NCBI GenBank assembly: GCA_041483195.1
Contig: JBGPFC010000004.1
Span: forward strand, 133,020 to 197,019
Direction of reading: 5' to 3'
DNA length: 64,000 bases
DNA from: Candidatus Eiseniibacteriota bacterium
GTDB lineage: Bacteria; Eisenbacteria; RBG-16-71-46
Positions 39,470 to 49,357 of the stretch are shown piece by piece (position 1 is the stretch's first letter; each line of letters begins with the position of its first letter). Under the pieces are notes generated by a model. The model worked only from the letters and a program-made list of their open reading frames with translations. It ran no database searches and was not told the origin of the DNA. The translations under genes were made by a program, and so were the position numbers.

Positions 39470-41508
39470 GCGCCGAACGCGAACGGGATCCGGCCGCGGC
39501 GACCGGCGGCGAAGGGGACCGCGCGGCGCTCGAGCAACGCGCTGTGAACACCATTCGCTTCCTCGCGGCAGACGCCGTCGAGCAGGCGAAGAGCGGACAT
39601 CCCGGATTGCCGATGGGCATGGCCGACGTCGCGTTCGTGCTGTGGACGCGCTTCCTGCGTTATCAACCGCAGGACCCGGCGTGGCCGGATCGCGACCGCT
39701 TCGTGCTCTCGGCCGGGCACGGCTCGATGCTGCTGTACGCGATGCTTCACCTCTCGGGCTACGACCTGCCGATGGACGAGCTGATGCGCTTCCGCCAGCT
39801 CGGCAGCAAGACCCCCGGCCATCCCGAGCACGGCCTCACCCCCGGCGTCGAGACCACGACCGGGCCGCTCGGCCAGGGGTTCGGCAACGGCGTGGGCATG
39901 GCGCTCGCCGCGAAGATGATCGCGGCGCGCGTGGGCGACGGATTCGCGCCCGCCAGCTTCCGCGTGTTCGGCATCGTCAGCGACGGCGACCTGATGGAGG
40001 GCGTCGCGTCCGAGGCCGCCTCGCTCGCCGGACACTGGGGCCTCGGCAACCTGGTCTACGTGTACGACGACAACCACATCACGATCGAGGGCGACACCGC
40101 GCTCGCGTTCGGCGAAGACGTCGCGATGCGCTTCGCGGCTTACGGCTGGCACGTCGAGCACGCGAACCCCTACGATCGCGAGGCGCTCGCCGCCGCGATC
40201 ACGCGCGCGGTCGACGAGGCCGCGCGGCCGAGCCTGGTCATCGTGCGCAGCCACATCGCCTACGGCGCGCCGAAGAAGCAGGACACCGCTGGCGCGCACG
40301 GCGAACCGCTCGGCGCGGAGGAGCTGGCGGCCGCGAAGCGCGCGCTGGGCTGGCCGCCATCGCCCTCGTTCCTGGTCCCTCCCGAGGTGCGCGAGCTGTT
40401 CGCCGCCCGCGCCCTGGCGCTCCGCCCCGGCTACGATGCGTGGCGCTCCGGAATCGAGGCCTGGCGAGCACGCGCTCCGGAGGACCACGCGCGCTGGCAA
40501 TCGCTGATCGAGAAGCGGGTGCCGGCCGACGTGCTCGAACAGCTGGTGGCGCGCGCGCCCCAGGGCGCCGCGGCCACCCGCGCGCACGGCCAGGCGGTGC
40601 TGCAGGTCGCGGCCGCTCTCGCGCCGTCGCTCGCGGGCGGCAGCGCCGATCTCGAGCCATCCACCAAGACCTGGATCAAGGAATCACCCGCGATCGCCCG
40701 CGGGCAGTTCGGCGGCCGGAACTTCCATTTCGGAATTCGCGAGCACGGGATGGGCGCGATCCTGAACGGCCTCGCGCTCGCCGAGGGATTCATTCCGTAC
40801 GGCTCGAGCTTCCTGGTGTTCACCGATTACGCACGCCCCGCGATCCGGCTCTCCGCGCTCATGCGCCAGCAGGTGATCTGGGTCTTCACGCACGACAGCG
40901 TGTTCCTCGGGGAAGACGGGCCGACCCACGAGCCGATCGAGCATCTCACCACGCTGCGCGCGATCCCGAATCTGCTGGTGGTGCGCCCGGCGGACGGCGT
41001 CGAGACCGCCGGCGCATGGGGCGTTGCGCTCGAGCGGCGCGAGGGCCCCACCCTGATCGTGCTCACGCGCCAGTCGCTTCCCGCGCTCGATCGGAGCGCG
41101 ACGTTCGAGCCGTCGTGGCTGCGGCGCGGTGGATACGTGCTGCGCGAGACGCCAGCGCGCGGGGCGGTGACGCTGATCGCGACCGGCTCCGAGGTCGCGC
41201 TCGCGCTCGACGCCGCGCGGCGGCTGGAGGCGGGCGGGCTCGCGACGCGCGTGGTGAGCATGCCCGCGCCGCAGCGCTTCTTCGAGCAGGAAGCGGCGTG
41301 GCGCGAGGCCGTGCTCCCCCCGGGCGGCTTCCGGGTCTCGATCGAAGCCGGAGCCACGCTCTACTGGCGGCACGTCGTCGGCGAGCGCGGTCTCGCGATC
41401 GGGATCGACCGGTTCGGCGAATCCGCGCCGCTCGCGCAGATCCAGGAACACTTCGGGTTCACGCCCGATCGGGTCGCGGCGCGCGTGCGGGAGTGGGCCG
41501 GGCGCTGA
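39466..41508 (+). CDS. tkt: Transketolase
   Basis: [44 protein letters not shown]...GEDGPTH; GTGA overlap with glk. Confidence 0.96.
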   Translation: MSAERERDPAAATGGEGDRAALEQRAVNTIRFLAADAVEQAKSGHPGLPMGMADVAFVLWTRFLRYQPQDPAWPDRDRFVLSAGHGSMLLYAMLHLSGYDLPMDELMRFRQLGSKTPGHPEHGLTPGVETTTGPLGQGFGNGVGMALAAKMIAARVGDGFAPASFRVFGIVSDGDLMEGVASEAASLAGHWGLGNLVYVYDDNHITIEGDTALAFGEDVAMRFAAYGWHVEHANPYDREALAAAITRAVDEAARPSLVIVRSHIAYGAPKKQDTAGAHGEPLGAEELAAAKRALGWPPSPSFLVPPEVRELFAARALALRPGYDAWRSGIEAWRARAPEDHARWQSLIEKRVPADVLEQLVARAPQGAAATRAHGQAVLQVAAALAPSLAGGSADLEPSTKTWIKESPAIARGQFGGRNFHFGIREHGMGAILNGLALAEGFIPYGSSFLVFTDYARPAIRLSALMRQQVIWVFTHDSVFLGEDGPTHEPIEHLTTLRAIPNLLVVRPADGVETAGAWGVALERREGPTLIVLTRQSLPALDRSATFEPSWLRRGGYVLRETPARGAVTLIATGSEVALALDAARRLEAGGLATRVVSMPAPQRFFEQEAAWREAVLPPGGFRVSIEAGATLYWRHVVGERGLAIGIDRFGESAPLAQIQEHFGFTPDRVAARVREWAGR

Positions 41509-41632
41509 GACGCCGCGGTCGAGCGGCGCTCGCCCCCGCTCGCACTTTAGGGGTTGATTCCCGAAGCGCCCGGCGGAACACTCCGCGCACCGCGGTTCCC
41601 CGACGCGCGCACTTCAACATGGAGGCCCGCCC

Positions 41633-42277
41633 ATGCGACGCTCGCTCGTGATCACGCTCATCCTGCTCCTGGTTCCAACGCTCTCCCTCGCGCAGCGCAG
41701 CCCACGGAGAAACTTTCCGAAGTACGAGGTCACCCTCGGACTGGGAGGCGCGGCCGGATTCGAGAAGAGCATCTTCAACCTCCAGGCCGACGAGAAGTCC
41801 GCCCCCGAGGCGGCGTTCTCCATCGAGGGCCGTCAGAATCTGGACGAACACGTCGCCGTGGGCATCCATGCGTTCGGCGTCGGAGAGGACACCCCCGAAT
41901 ACGCGCTGGTCGACGCGCAGGGGACCGCGTTCGTCACGACGTTTTCGCTGGTGAGCGTCAACTTCGGCCTCGACGGGCGTTACACGCTCATGCGCGGCCC
42001 GCTCACGCCGTACGTCTGGGGCGGGCTGGGCGTGGTCAGCGGCAGCGCCGATGCTTCGCGGGCGGGCACCCTGAATCTCACCGGGTTCAGCGCGGGCTTC
42101 GGCCCGGGTGTCACCATCGCGCTCGGCCCCAATTTCGCGCTCGGCGCGCAGGGATTCGCGTCGTTCGGCAGCGCGAAGTGGGAGAAGGCGCCGTTCGTCA
42201 ACTCGAGCGGCCGCGACTTCAATCCGTCGCTGCTCGGAGCGCTCGTGACCCTCAACGTGATGTGGGGCTACGAGTAG
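41633..42277 (+). CDS. Outer-membrane beta-barrel domain protein
   Basis: Signal peptide, alternating beta-strand pattern, LTPYVWGGLG; SD GGAGG. Confidence 0.7.
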   Translation: MRRSLVITLILLLVPTLSLAQRSPRRNFPKYEVTLGLGGAAGFEKSIFNLQADEKSAPEAAFSIEGRQNLDEHVAVGIHAFGVGEDTPEYALVDAQGTAFVTTFSLVSVNFGLDGRYTLMRGPLTPYVWGGLGVVSGSADASRAGTLNLTGFSAGFGPGVTIALGPNFALGAQGFASFGSAKWEKAPFVNSSGRDFNPSLLGALVTLNVMWGYE

Positions 42278-42322
42278 GTCCCGGTTCCGGGCGTCTCGAC
42301 CGCTCCGCCGATCGCGCGCGGT

Positions 42323-42718
42323 TCAGCGGGCCGCGGCCGGGGCCGTCCCCGGAAGCGCCCGCAGCGCGGCGACGAACGTCAGCAGGAACGCGAGGTCGAT
42401 CCACGCGAACGGCACCCACATCGCGGGCATCTGGCCCTGGGCGTAGTACGTCAGCACCGGCAGCGCGTAGGCGAGCTTGAGCATGATGCCGAGCTTGATG
42501 ATGTCGCGATTGCGCTCCGGCGCCTGCGCCACGAACCCGAAGCCGATCCCGAAGATCGCGATCAGGAGCGCGGGCACCTGGATGTAGGCCGGATGATTCG
42601 GCAGCGTCACCCCGAACCGCGCGTAGACCGCGCGCCACGCGAACAGGAACCCCGCGCCGAGCAGGAAGTCGTAGAGCCCGGCGACGACGAACAGCGGACG
42701 GATCCATTCACGCTTCAT
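42323..42718 (-). CDS. Small 4-TM membrane protein of unknown function
   Basis: 131 aa hydrophobic, GLYD, KLAY, WIDLAF; start overlaps the radical SAM gene end. Confidence 0.75.
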   Translation of the reverse strand: MKREWIRPLFVVAGLYDFLLGAGFLFAWRAVYARFGVTLPNHPAYIQVPALLIAIFGIGFGFVAQAPERNRDIIKLGIMLKLAYALPVLTYYAQGQMPAMWVPFAWIDLAFLLTFVAALRALPGTAPAAAR

Positions 42719-44063
42719 GGGACGGTTCCTCCCTCGTGGCGGGTGGCGCGGCGTGGCGCGAGTCGCGCAGGTCGCGGAAGAAGCGCGTGCGGCGCGCCTC
42801 GATGAAGCTCTTCTCGTACAGCCGGCGGCTGAGGTCGACCAGACCCTGCTGGAGCCGCTCTGGCGACATGCCGGCCGGCACGAAGTTCACGTCGAACAGC
42901 GTGCACCGTTCCCACGCGCCGTCCTCGATGATGCGGCCCTCCCGCCGCAGCCGCTCGTGGAGCGGCGTGCCGGGGAACGGCGTCAGCACCGTGATCTGGA
43001 CCTCGTAGAGGCCGGAGCGCTCGACGAACTCGTACACCTGGTCGAAGATCGCATCGGTGTGGCCGTCGAGCCCGAGCACGAAGCAGCCGTTCACGGTGAC
43101 GCCGTGCGACTGGATCACCCGCACCGCGCGCTCGTAGTCGTCGAGCCGGCGCCGTTTCCAGTTGCTGCGCAGCTCGATGCCGTCGAGCCCGGCGGCGACC
43201 GGGCTCTCGAGCCCGATCAGCACCTGCCGGCAGCCGCTCTCGCGCATCAGCTCGAGCAGCTCCTCGTCGCCCGCGATCGAGACGTCGGCCTCCGTGAACC
43301 ACTTCACCCGCTCGTCGCGCAGCGCGGCGAGCAGGCGCTTCGCGTGCTCGCGGTCGACGAAGCTGTTGTCGTCCGCGAACTCGATGAAGGGATTCGGCCA
43401 GAGCTCGCGAATGCGGCGGATCTCGGCGATCACAAGCTCGACCGGCTTGAGCCGGTACTTCGGCGTGAGCAGGATCGAGCTGGCGCAGAAGTCGCAGCGA
43501 TGGGGGCATCCGCGGCTGGTCTGCACCGTGAGGCGGTTGTAGCGGGCGACGTCGAGCAGGTCGTAGCGCGGCATCGGCGCGTCCGCGAGATCGAACCATT
43601 CGTCCGGCGGGGGGCGGTACTCGCGCCGCAGCCGCCCGCGCCCCCAGTCGTCGATCACGCGCGGCCAGCTCATCTCGCCCTCGCCCACCACCGCGACCGC
43701 GCCGTGGGCCAGCGCCTCCTCGGGCCGCACGCTGACGTGCAGCCCGCCCATGACCACCGGGACGCCGCGCTCCCGGTAGATGTCGGCGACGCGATACGCG
43801 TCGGCGATCTGGGCCGAGTACGAAGCGACCGCCACCAGGTCGTAGCCGCGCGGCAGCTCCGGCTCCTCGCGCAGATCGGGGATCTCGCGGTACTCGATCT
43901 CGACGTCCGGCGGGGTGAGCGCGGCCAGCGTCAGCAGCGACAGGCTCGGGAGCGACGCGATCACCTTGCTGCGCTCGACGAAGCCCGGCAGCGTGAGACC
44001 GATCGCGGTGAGCTCGGGATCGGCGGCGCGCACGCCGCTCATGGCGATCAGCCCGAGCTTCAC
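42708..44063 (-). CDS. B12-binding-domain radical SAM protein
   Basis: LPSLSLLTLAALTP, VVMGGLH, GEGE, TSRGCPHRCDFC, FADDN, IGLES, LTPFPGTPL; GTG start overlapping the upstream stop. Confidence 0.9.
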   Translation of the reverse strand: MKLGLIAMSGVRAADPELTAIGLTLPGFVERSKVIASLPSLSLLTLAALTPPDVEIEYREIPDLREEPELPRGYDLVAVASYSAQIADAYRVADIYRERGVPVVMGGLHVSVRPEEALAHGAVAVVGEGEMSWPRVIDDWGRGRLRREYRPPPDEWFDLADAPMPRYDLLDVARYNRLTVQTSRGCPHRCDFCASSILLTPKYRLKPVELVIAEIRRIRELWPNPFIEFADDNSFVDREHAKRLLAALRDERVKWFTEADVSIAGDEELLELMRESGCRQVLIGLESPVAAGLDGIELRSNWKRRRLDDYERAVRVIQSHGVTVNGCFVLGLDGHTDAIFDQVYEFVERSGLYEVQITVLTPFPGTPLHERLRREGRIIEDGAWERCTLFDVNFVPAGMSPERLQQGLVDLSRRLYEKSFIEARRTRFFRDLRDSRHAAPPATREEPSHEA

Positions 44064-44440
44064 GGCCGCAGCATCCCGAGCACGATCAGCGCCGTGCCCA
44101 GCACCAGGCTCACGACCGGCACCGCGAACAGCGGCTGCAGAGCGGGCCTCCACGCCATGAGCCCGCAGCAGGCGGGCATGGTGACGCCGCCCGCGATCAG
44201 CGCCCAGGACGCGACCTCGCCCGCTCCCGGCGCGAGCCGGAGGCGCTCGCCGCCGAGCGCGAACAGGATGTTGATGATGCCGAGGCCGAGGAAGGAGATG
44301 TGACCGAGGCGGATCAGCCGACGCGGGTGGGATGCGTACCCGCCGAGCCAATCCTGGCGCTGGAAGCGCATCCCGAGCGTGAGGCCCGCGAGCAGCCCGG
44401 CGAGCAGCCAGATCCAACCGAAGAGTTCGTTGCGCGGCAT
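44060..44440 (-). CDS. Small 4-TM membrane protein of unknown function
   Basis: WLGGYASHPRRLIRLGHISFLGLG; coupled to the radical SAM gene (GTGA). Confidence 0.75.
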   Translation of the reverse strand: MPRNELFGWIWLLAGLLAGLTLGMRFQRQDWLGGYASHPRRLIRLGHISFLGLGIINILFALGGERLRLAPGAGEVASWALIAGGVTMPACCGLMAWRPALQPLFAVPVVSLVLGTALIVLGMLRP

Positions 44441-44587
44441 CGCGACCTCGCGTCCACAGGCGAACGCATGACCCCCGCGTCGCGCGGGGACCTGTGGGAG
44501 GTCACGACCGGGACGTTAGCCCCGGAACGCCCGTCGTGTAAAGCGCCGCGGCGCCCGTCGCGCTCGCGGCTCGAAGCTCCCGCCCGG

Positions 44588-45538
44588 TCAGACCTTGAAC
44601 TGGATCCACATCGGGCGGTGGTCCGAGAGGTAGTACTTGATGTAGCCGTTGAACGGCACCTTGCCCTTCGCGTCCCAGAGCTCCCGGAACACCGCGCCGT
44701 CGAAGTCGAACACGCCCTTCTTGCCCGTGTACTCGGCTCGCGTGTGCTGCGGGAAGAACGCGATCTGATCGTAGTGCTTGTCCGATGCGAGATTCGATCC
44801 GATCAGCCCGGAGTGGTCAGGCGCCTCGAGTCCCTTCGCCGTCAGCGCGCGGAAGATGGGATCGCCCGGCTCCGTCATCGGCAGATTGAAATCGCCGACC
44901 GCGATGATGTCCTGGGTGAGCGCGTACTTGCTGCGCTCGCGACTCGCCGCCCAGTACGCGACGGCAAAGGTCTCGAGCGCGCGACGCGCGATGTCCTTCG
45001 GGTCCGCGTCGCTCCCGAAGAACTGGTGCGCGTTGGCGACCTGGAACACGAACTGGCCCGCTTCGAACGAGGCCATGTAGGGATTGCGGTCGAAACCGTC
45101 GAACTTACCGACGATCCCGGGGAGCTTGATGTTCTTGTAGTCCGATGGCGACACGGTGAGGGAGCCCACCTCCTCGCGCAGGCGGATCTTGCTCGAGTCG
45201 AAGAGGAACGTCAGGCGCTCGTCGTTGCCCTCGACGCCCGAAAACACCACCCGCCAGGGAGCGCCCAGGAGTCGCAGCACCGCGATCAAGTCCTGGATGT
45301 TGTCCTTGCATTCCTGCAGCGCGACCATGTCGAACCAGCCCATGATCTCCGCGATCAGGCGCAGATCCTGGGGGCGCCGCTGCTGCTGCCCGAAGTTCGC
45401 GATGTTCCAGGTCGCGAGCAGCACGTTGCCGGCGAGCCTCGCGGGAATCCCTCGTTCGGCCTTCTTCGCGCGCAGGCGGCCGATCTCGACATCGACGTCG
45501 TACGCGAACGGGAACTTCGGTTTCGGAAATGCGGGCAT
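44588..45538 (-). CDS. Endonuclease/exonuclease/phosphatase (EEP) family protein
   Basis: ATWNIANF, VALQE, GDFN, HYDQI, LSDHRP; SD GAGGAGG. Confidence 0.9.
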   Translation of the reverse strand: MPAFPKPKFPFAYDVDVEIGRLRAKKAERGIPARLAGNVLLATWNIANFGQQQRRPQDLRLIAEIMGWFDMVALQECKDNIQDLIAVLRLLGAPWRVVFSGVEGNDERLTFLFDSSKIRLREEVGSLTVSPSDYKNIKLPGIVGKFDGFDRNPYMASFEAGQFVFQVANAHQFFGSDADPKDIARRALETFAVAYWAASRERSKYALTQDIIAVGDFNLPMTEPGDPIFRALTAKGLEAPDHSGLIGSNLASDKHYDQIAFFPQHTRAEYTGKKGVFDFDGAVFRELWDAKGKVPFNGYIKYYLSDHRPMWIQFKV

Positions 45539-45593
45539 CGCGGCACCTCCTCGTTTCGAAATCGGGTCCGGTCGCCGGCGCGCGCAGCCGCGC

Positions 45594-47402
45594 TCAGCGC
45601 CCGGCGGCGACCGCGGCGGCCTGCAGGCGCCGCTCGAGCGCGGCCAGCTCCTCCTTCAAACCCTGTGGCAGGCGGGCGCCGAACTTCTCGAAGTGCTGCT
45701 TGATCGATGGCAGCTCGGCGATCCAGCCCTCGACGTCCACCTTGAGCAGCTCGGCCATGCCGGCGTCCGGAATGCGAAGCCCGCCCATGTCGAGCGCGCC
45801 CGGGGCGGGGACCCGCCCGATCGGCGTGTCGAGGGCCTTCGCCGTGCCCTCGACGCGCTCGAAGATCCACTTCAACACGCGGCTGTTGTCGCCGTAGCCC
45901 GGCCACAGATACTTCCCGTCCCCTCCCTTGCGGAACCAGTTCACGTAGTAGATCCGCGGCAGCTTCTTCTGATCCGCGGCGGCGCCCACCTTGAGCCAGT
46001 GCGCGAAATAATCGCCCATGTGGTAGCCGCAGAAGGGAAGCATCGCGAACGGATCGTGACGAAGCGTGCCGACCGCTCCGGCCGCGGCGGCGGTGGTCTC
46101 GCTGCTCATGATCGAGCCGAGGAACGTGCCGTGCCGCCACGAGAGCGCCTCGTTCACGAGCGGCACCACCCCCGCGCGCCGGCCGCCGAACAGGATCGCC
46201 GAGATCGGAACGCCCAGCGGGTTCTCCCAGTCGGGCGAGATCGCCGGACACTGCCGGGCGGGCGTCGTGAAGCGCGCGTTGGGATGCGCCGCCTTGCGTC
46301 CGCTCGCCGGCGTCCACGGGCGCCGCAGCCAGTCCACCATCTCGGGGGGCGCTGCGTCGGTCATCTCCTCCCACCACACGTCGCCATCGGGCGTGATCGC
46401 GCAGTTCGTGAACAGCGTGTTGGCCGAAGCGGTGCGCATCGCGTTCGGATTGCTCTTCATGCTGGTGCCGGGCGCGACCCCGAAGAAGCCGGCCTCGGGA
46501 TTGATCGCGTGGAGACGGCCGTCGAGTCCGAACTTCATCCACGCGATGTCGTCGCCGATGGTCTCCACCTTCCACCCGGGCAGGGTCGGGTTCAGCATCG
46601 CGAGATTGGTCTTGCCGCACGCCGAGGGAAACGCCGCCGCCATGAACAGCTTGCGGCCCTCGGGGTTCGTGATCCCGAGGATCAGCATGTGCTCGGCGAG
46701 CCAGCCCTCGTCGCGCGCCTGCACCGACGCGATGCGCAGCGCGTGGCACTTCTTGCCGAGCAGCGCGTTGCCGCCGTAGCCGGAACCGTACGACCAGATC
46801 TCCCGCGTCTCCGGAAAGTGGCAGATGTACTTGATCTGCCCGTTGCACGGCCACGGCGAGTCGGCCGCGTTCGCGGCGAGCGGCGCGCCCACCGAGTGGA
46901 GGCCGCGCACGAACTCGCCGGAGCCGCCCAGCGTCTCGAGCACGCGGGTTCCGACGCGCGACATGAGGTGCATGTTGGCGACCACGTACGGCGAGTCGGT
47001 GATCTCGACCCCGATGCGCGCGATCGGCGAGCCGATCGGGCCCATGCTGTAGGGGATCACGTACATGGTGCGGCCCTTCATCGCGCCGGCGAAGAGCCCG
47101 CCCAGCGTCTGCCTCATCTCGGCGGGATCGCGCCAGTTGTTGGTGGGGCCGGCATCTTCGCGCTCGGGCGAGCAGATGAACGTGAACTCCTCGACGCGCG
47201 CCACGTCGGCCGGGTCGGAACGCACCAGCACGCTGTTCGGCCGCTTGTTCCAATCGAGCCAGGTCGCGGTGCCGGCCTGCACCAGCAGGCGCAGCATCGT
47301 CTGATATTCGCGCTCCGACCCGTCGCACCTCACCACCCGGTCCGGCTGGCAGAGGGTCGCGGTCTCGTGGACCCAGGCCTCGAGCTCCTTGTGCGTGGTC
47401 AT
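45594..47402 (-). CDS. pckG: Phosphoenolpyruvate carboxykinase (GTP)
   Basis: [61 protein letters not shown]. Confidence 0.96.
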   Translation of the reverse strand: MTTHKELEAWVHETATLCQPDRVVRCDGSEREYQTMLRLLVQAGTATWLDWNKRPNSVLVRSDPADVARVEEFTFICSPEREDAGPTNNWRDPAEMRQTLGGLFAGAMKGRTMYVIPYSMGPIGSPIARIGVEITDSPYVVANMHLMSRVGTRVLETLGGSGEFVRGLHSVGAPLAANAADSPWPCNGQIKYICHFPETREIWSYGSGYGGNALLGKKCHALRIASVQARDEGWLAEHMLILGITNPEGRKLFMAAAFPSACGKTNLAMLNPTLPGWKVETIGDDIAWMKFGLDGRLHAINPEAGFFGVAPGTSMKSNPNAMRTASANTLFTNCAITPDGDVWWEEMTDAAPPEMVDWLRRPWTPASGRKAAHPNARFTTPARQCPAISPDWENPLGVPISAILFGGRRAGVVPLVNEALSWRHGTFLGSIMSSETTAAAAGAVGTLRHDPFAMLPFCGYHMGDYFAHWLKVGAAADQKKLPRIYYVNWFRKGGDGKYLWPGYGDNSRVLKWIFERVEGTAKALDTPIGRVPAPGALDMGGLRIPDAGMAELLKVDVEGWIAELPSIKQHFEKFGARLPQGLKEELAALERRLQAAAVAAGR

Positions 47403-47628
47403 GGTCGATGCTCTCTCCGGTTCGTGATCCACCAGCCATACCCGGGCGGGGCCGACGGCGCGTTCCTCATGATCGGGACGGAATTCGCGAGGCATTCTAT
47501 CCAAACCCGCGAGGCAGGCAAAGTACGGAGCGGGCTCGTCGCTTGCGCCGCTCGCACGCGTGGCGCATCTTTGCCCCACGAGCCCGCAGTTCCGTGGGCG
47601 CCGACTCGGACCGCCTGGAGGTGCTTCG

Positions 47629-48195
47629 ATGGTCGCCCCCAAGTCGAATCGCAAACGCCCCGCGACGACATCGCGCAAGCGGCCGGCGCGGCGCGTCGCG
47701 AAGCGCCCGACCGCGCGTGGAGAGCGGCCCGCCGCGAAGCCCGCGGCGCGCTCCGCCGCGCGGCGCCCGGCGAAGCCGGCGCTCCCCCCCGCACCGGCCG
47801 CGGGACCGGTCCCGAGCGCGATCGGCGCCTACCTCCATCATGCGGATTACACGACCCACGACCTCGAAGCGATCAAGCGTTTCTACACGGGGGTGCTGGG
47901 CTTCTCGCGCTTCACCGAAGACCCGCGTGCCGGTTATCTCTCGATCCGCACCGGAACCTCGTCGAGCCTCGGCTTCATGGCCCCGGCGCCGGGCCCTCCG
48001 GAGCAGTGGCGTCCGCCGGGTGAGCCCGGCCTCTACTTTCTCGTGAATGACGTGGACCGCGTGTATCGCGAGCTGCTCGCGAAGGGTGTCGAGTTCGAGC
48101 AGCCGCCGAGCGACCGGCCATGGGGCCACCGCATGGCGATCTGCCGGGACCCCGAGGGCCGCATGGTCTGTCTGGCTCAGGACAAGTCGCGCTGA
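47629..48195 (+). CDS. VOC/glyoxalase family protein with a basic N-terminal extension
   Basis: [39 protein letters not shown]. Confidence 0.85.
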   Translation: MVAPKSNRKRPATTSRKRPARRVAKRPTARGERPAAKPAARSAARRPAKPALPPAPAAGPVPSAIGAYLHHADYTTHDLEAIKRFYTGVLGFSRFTEDPRAGYLSIRTGTSSSLGFMAPAPGPPEQWRPPGEPGLYFLVNDVDRVYRELLAKGVEFEQPPSDRPWGHRMAICRDPEGRMVCLAQDKSR

Positions 48196-48220
48196 GGCGC
48201 GACGACAGAGGAGAACGCAC

Positions 48221-49357
48221 GTGCCCAGCCGCGCCGAACAGCTCCGCCAGCTCGGCCAGAGTGTCTGGCTCGATTTCATCCGCCGCGGGCACCTGCTCTC
48301 CGGCGAGTTCGACAGCATGGTGCGGGAGCAGGGCGTGGTCGGGGTCACGTCGAATCCCACCATCTTCCAGCTCGCGATCGCGGAGAGCGACGACTACGAC
48401 CGCGCGATCGCGCAGCACGTGGCGCGCGGACTCTCGGGTCCCGCGTTGTTCGAGGCGCTCGCGGTCGAAGACATCCAGATGGCCTGCGACAAGCTGCGGC
48501 CGGTGTGGGAGTCGAGCCGCGGTCTCGACGGCCGCGTGAGCATCGAGGTCAGCCCCCGGCTCTCGCACGACACGGCGGGCACCATCGCCGAGGCGCGCCG
48601 CCTGCATGCGGAGGTCGCGCGCCAGAACCTGCTGGTCAAGGTTCCCGCGACCGCGGAGGGATTGCCCGCCATCACGGCGCTGCTCGCCGACGGCATCTCG
48701 ATCAACGTCACGCTCATCTTCTCGCTCGCGCGCTACGAGCAGGTGATGGACGCCTACCTCAGCGGCCTCGAGCGGCGCGTGGCCGCCGGCGCGCCGCTCG
48801 ATTCGATCTTCTCGGTCGCGTCGTTCTTCGTCTCGCGGGTGGACGCCAAGCTGGACAAGGTCATCGACGCCGCGCTCGCCGCGCTCCCGGCATCGGCCCC
48901 CGCGCGGGCCGAGCTCGAGGCGGCGAAGGGCAAGGCCGCCGTCGCGAACGCGCGGCTCGCCTACGCGCGCTTCGAGCAGGTCTTCGCGACGCCGCGCTTC
49001 ACCGCGCTCTCCGCGAAAGGCGCGCATCCGCAGCGCCCGTTGTGGGCGTCGACCAGCACCAAGAACCCGGCCTACCCCGACACGCTCTACGTTGACGAGC
49101 TGATCGGGGCGCACACCGTGAACACCATGCCGCCGCAGACGCTCGCGGCATTCAACGACCACGGCACGCTCGAGGCGCGCATCGGCCGCGATCTCGGCGC
49201 GGCGCGCGCGTTGTTCTCGCGCCTGCCCGCGCTCGGCGTGCCGATCGACGAGCTGATCGGCCAGCTCGAGCCCGAAGGCGTCTCGGCGTTCGTGAAGTCG
49301 TACGAATCGCTGCTCCAGACGCTCGAGGCGCGGCGCGTGCAGTTCGCCGGACGGTGA
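48221..49357 (+). CDS. tal: Transaldolase
   Basis: GQSVWLD, GVTSNPTIF, VSIEV, VKVPAT, NVTLIFS, SVASFFVSRVD, QRPLWAST. Confidence 0.95.
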   Translation: MPSRAEQLRQLGQSVWLDFIRRGHLLSGEFDSMVREQGVVGVTSNPTIFQLAIAESDDYDRAIAQHVARGLSGPALFEALAVEDIQMACDKLRPVWESSRGLDGRVSIEVSPRLSHDTAGTIAEARRLHAEVARQNLLVKVPATAEGLPAITALLADGISINVTLIFSLARYEQVMDAYLSGLERRVAAGAPLDSIFSVASFFVSRVDAKLDKVIDAALAALPASAPARAELEAAKGKAAVANARLAYARFEQVFATPRFTALSAKGAHPQRPLWASTSTKNPAYPDTLYVDELIGAHTVNTMPPQTLAAFNDHGTLEARIGRDLGAARALFSRLPALGVPIDELIGQLEPEGVSAFVKSYESLLQTLEARRVQFAGR

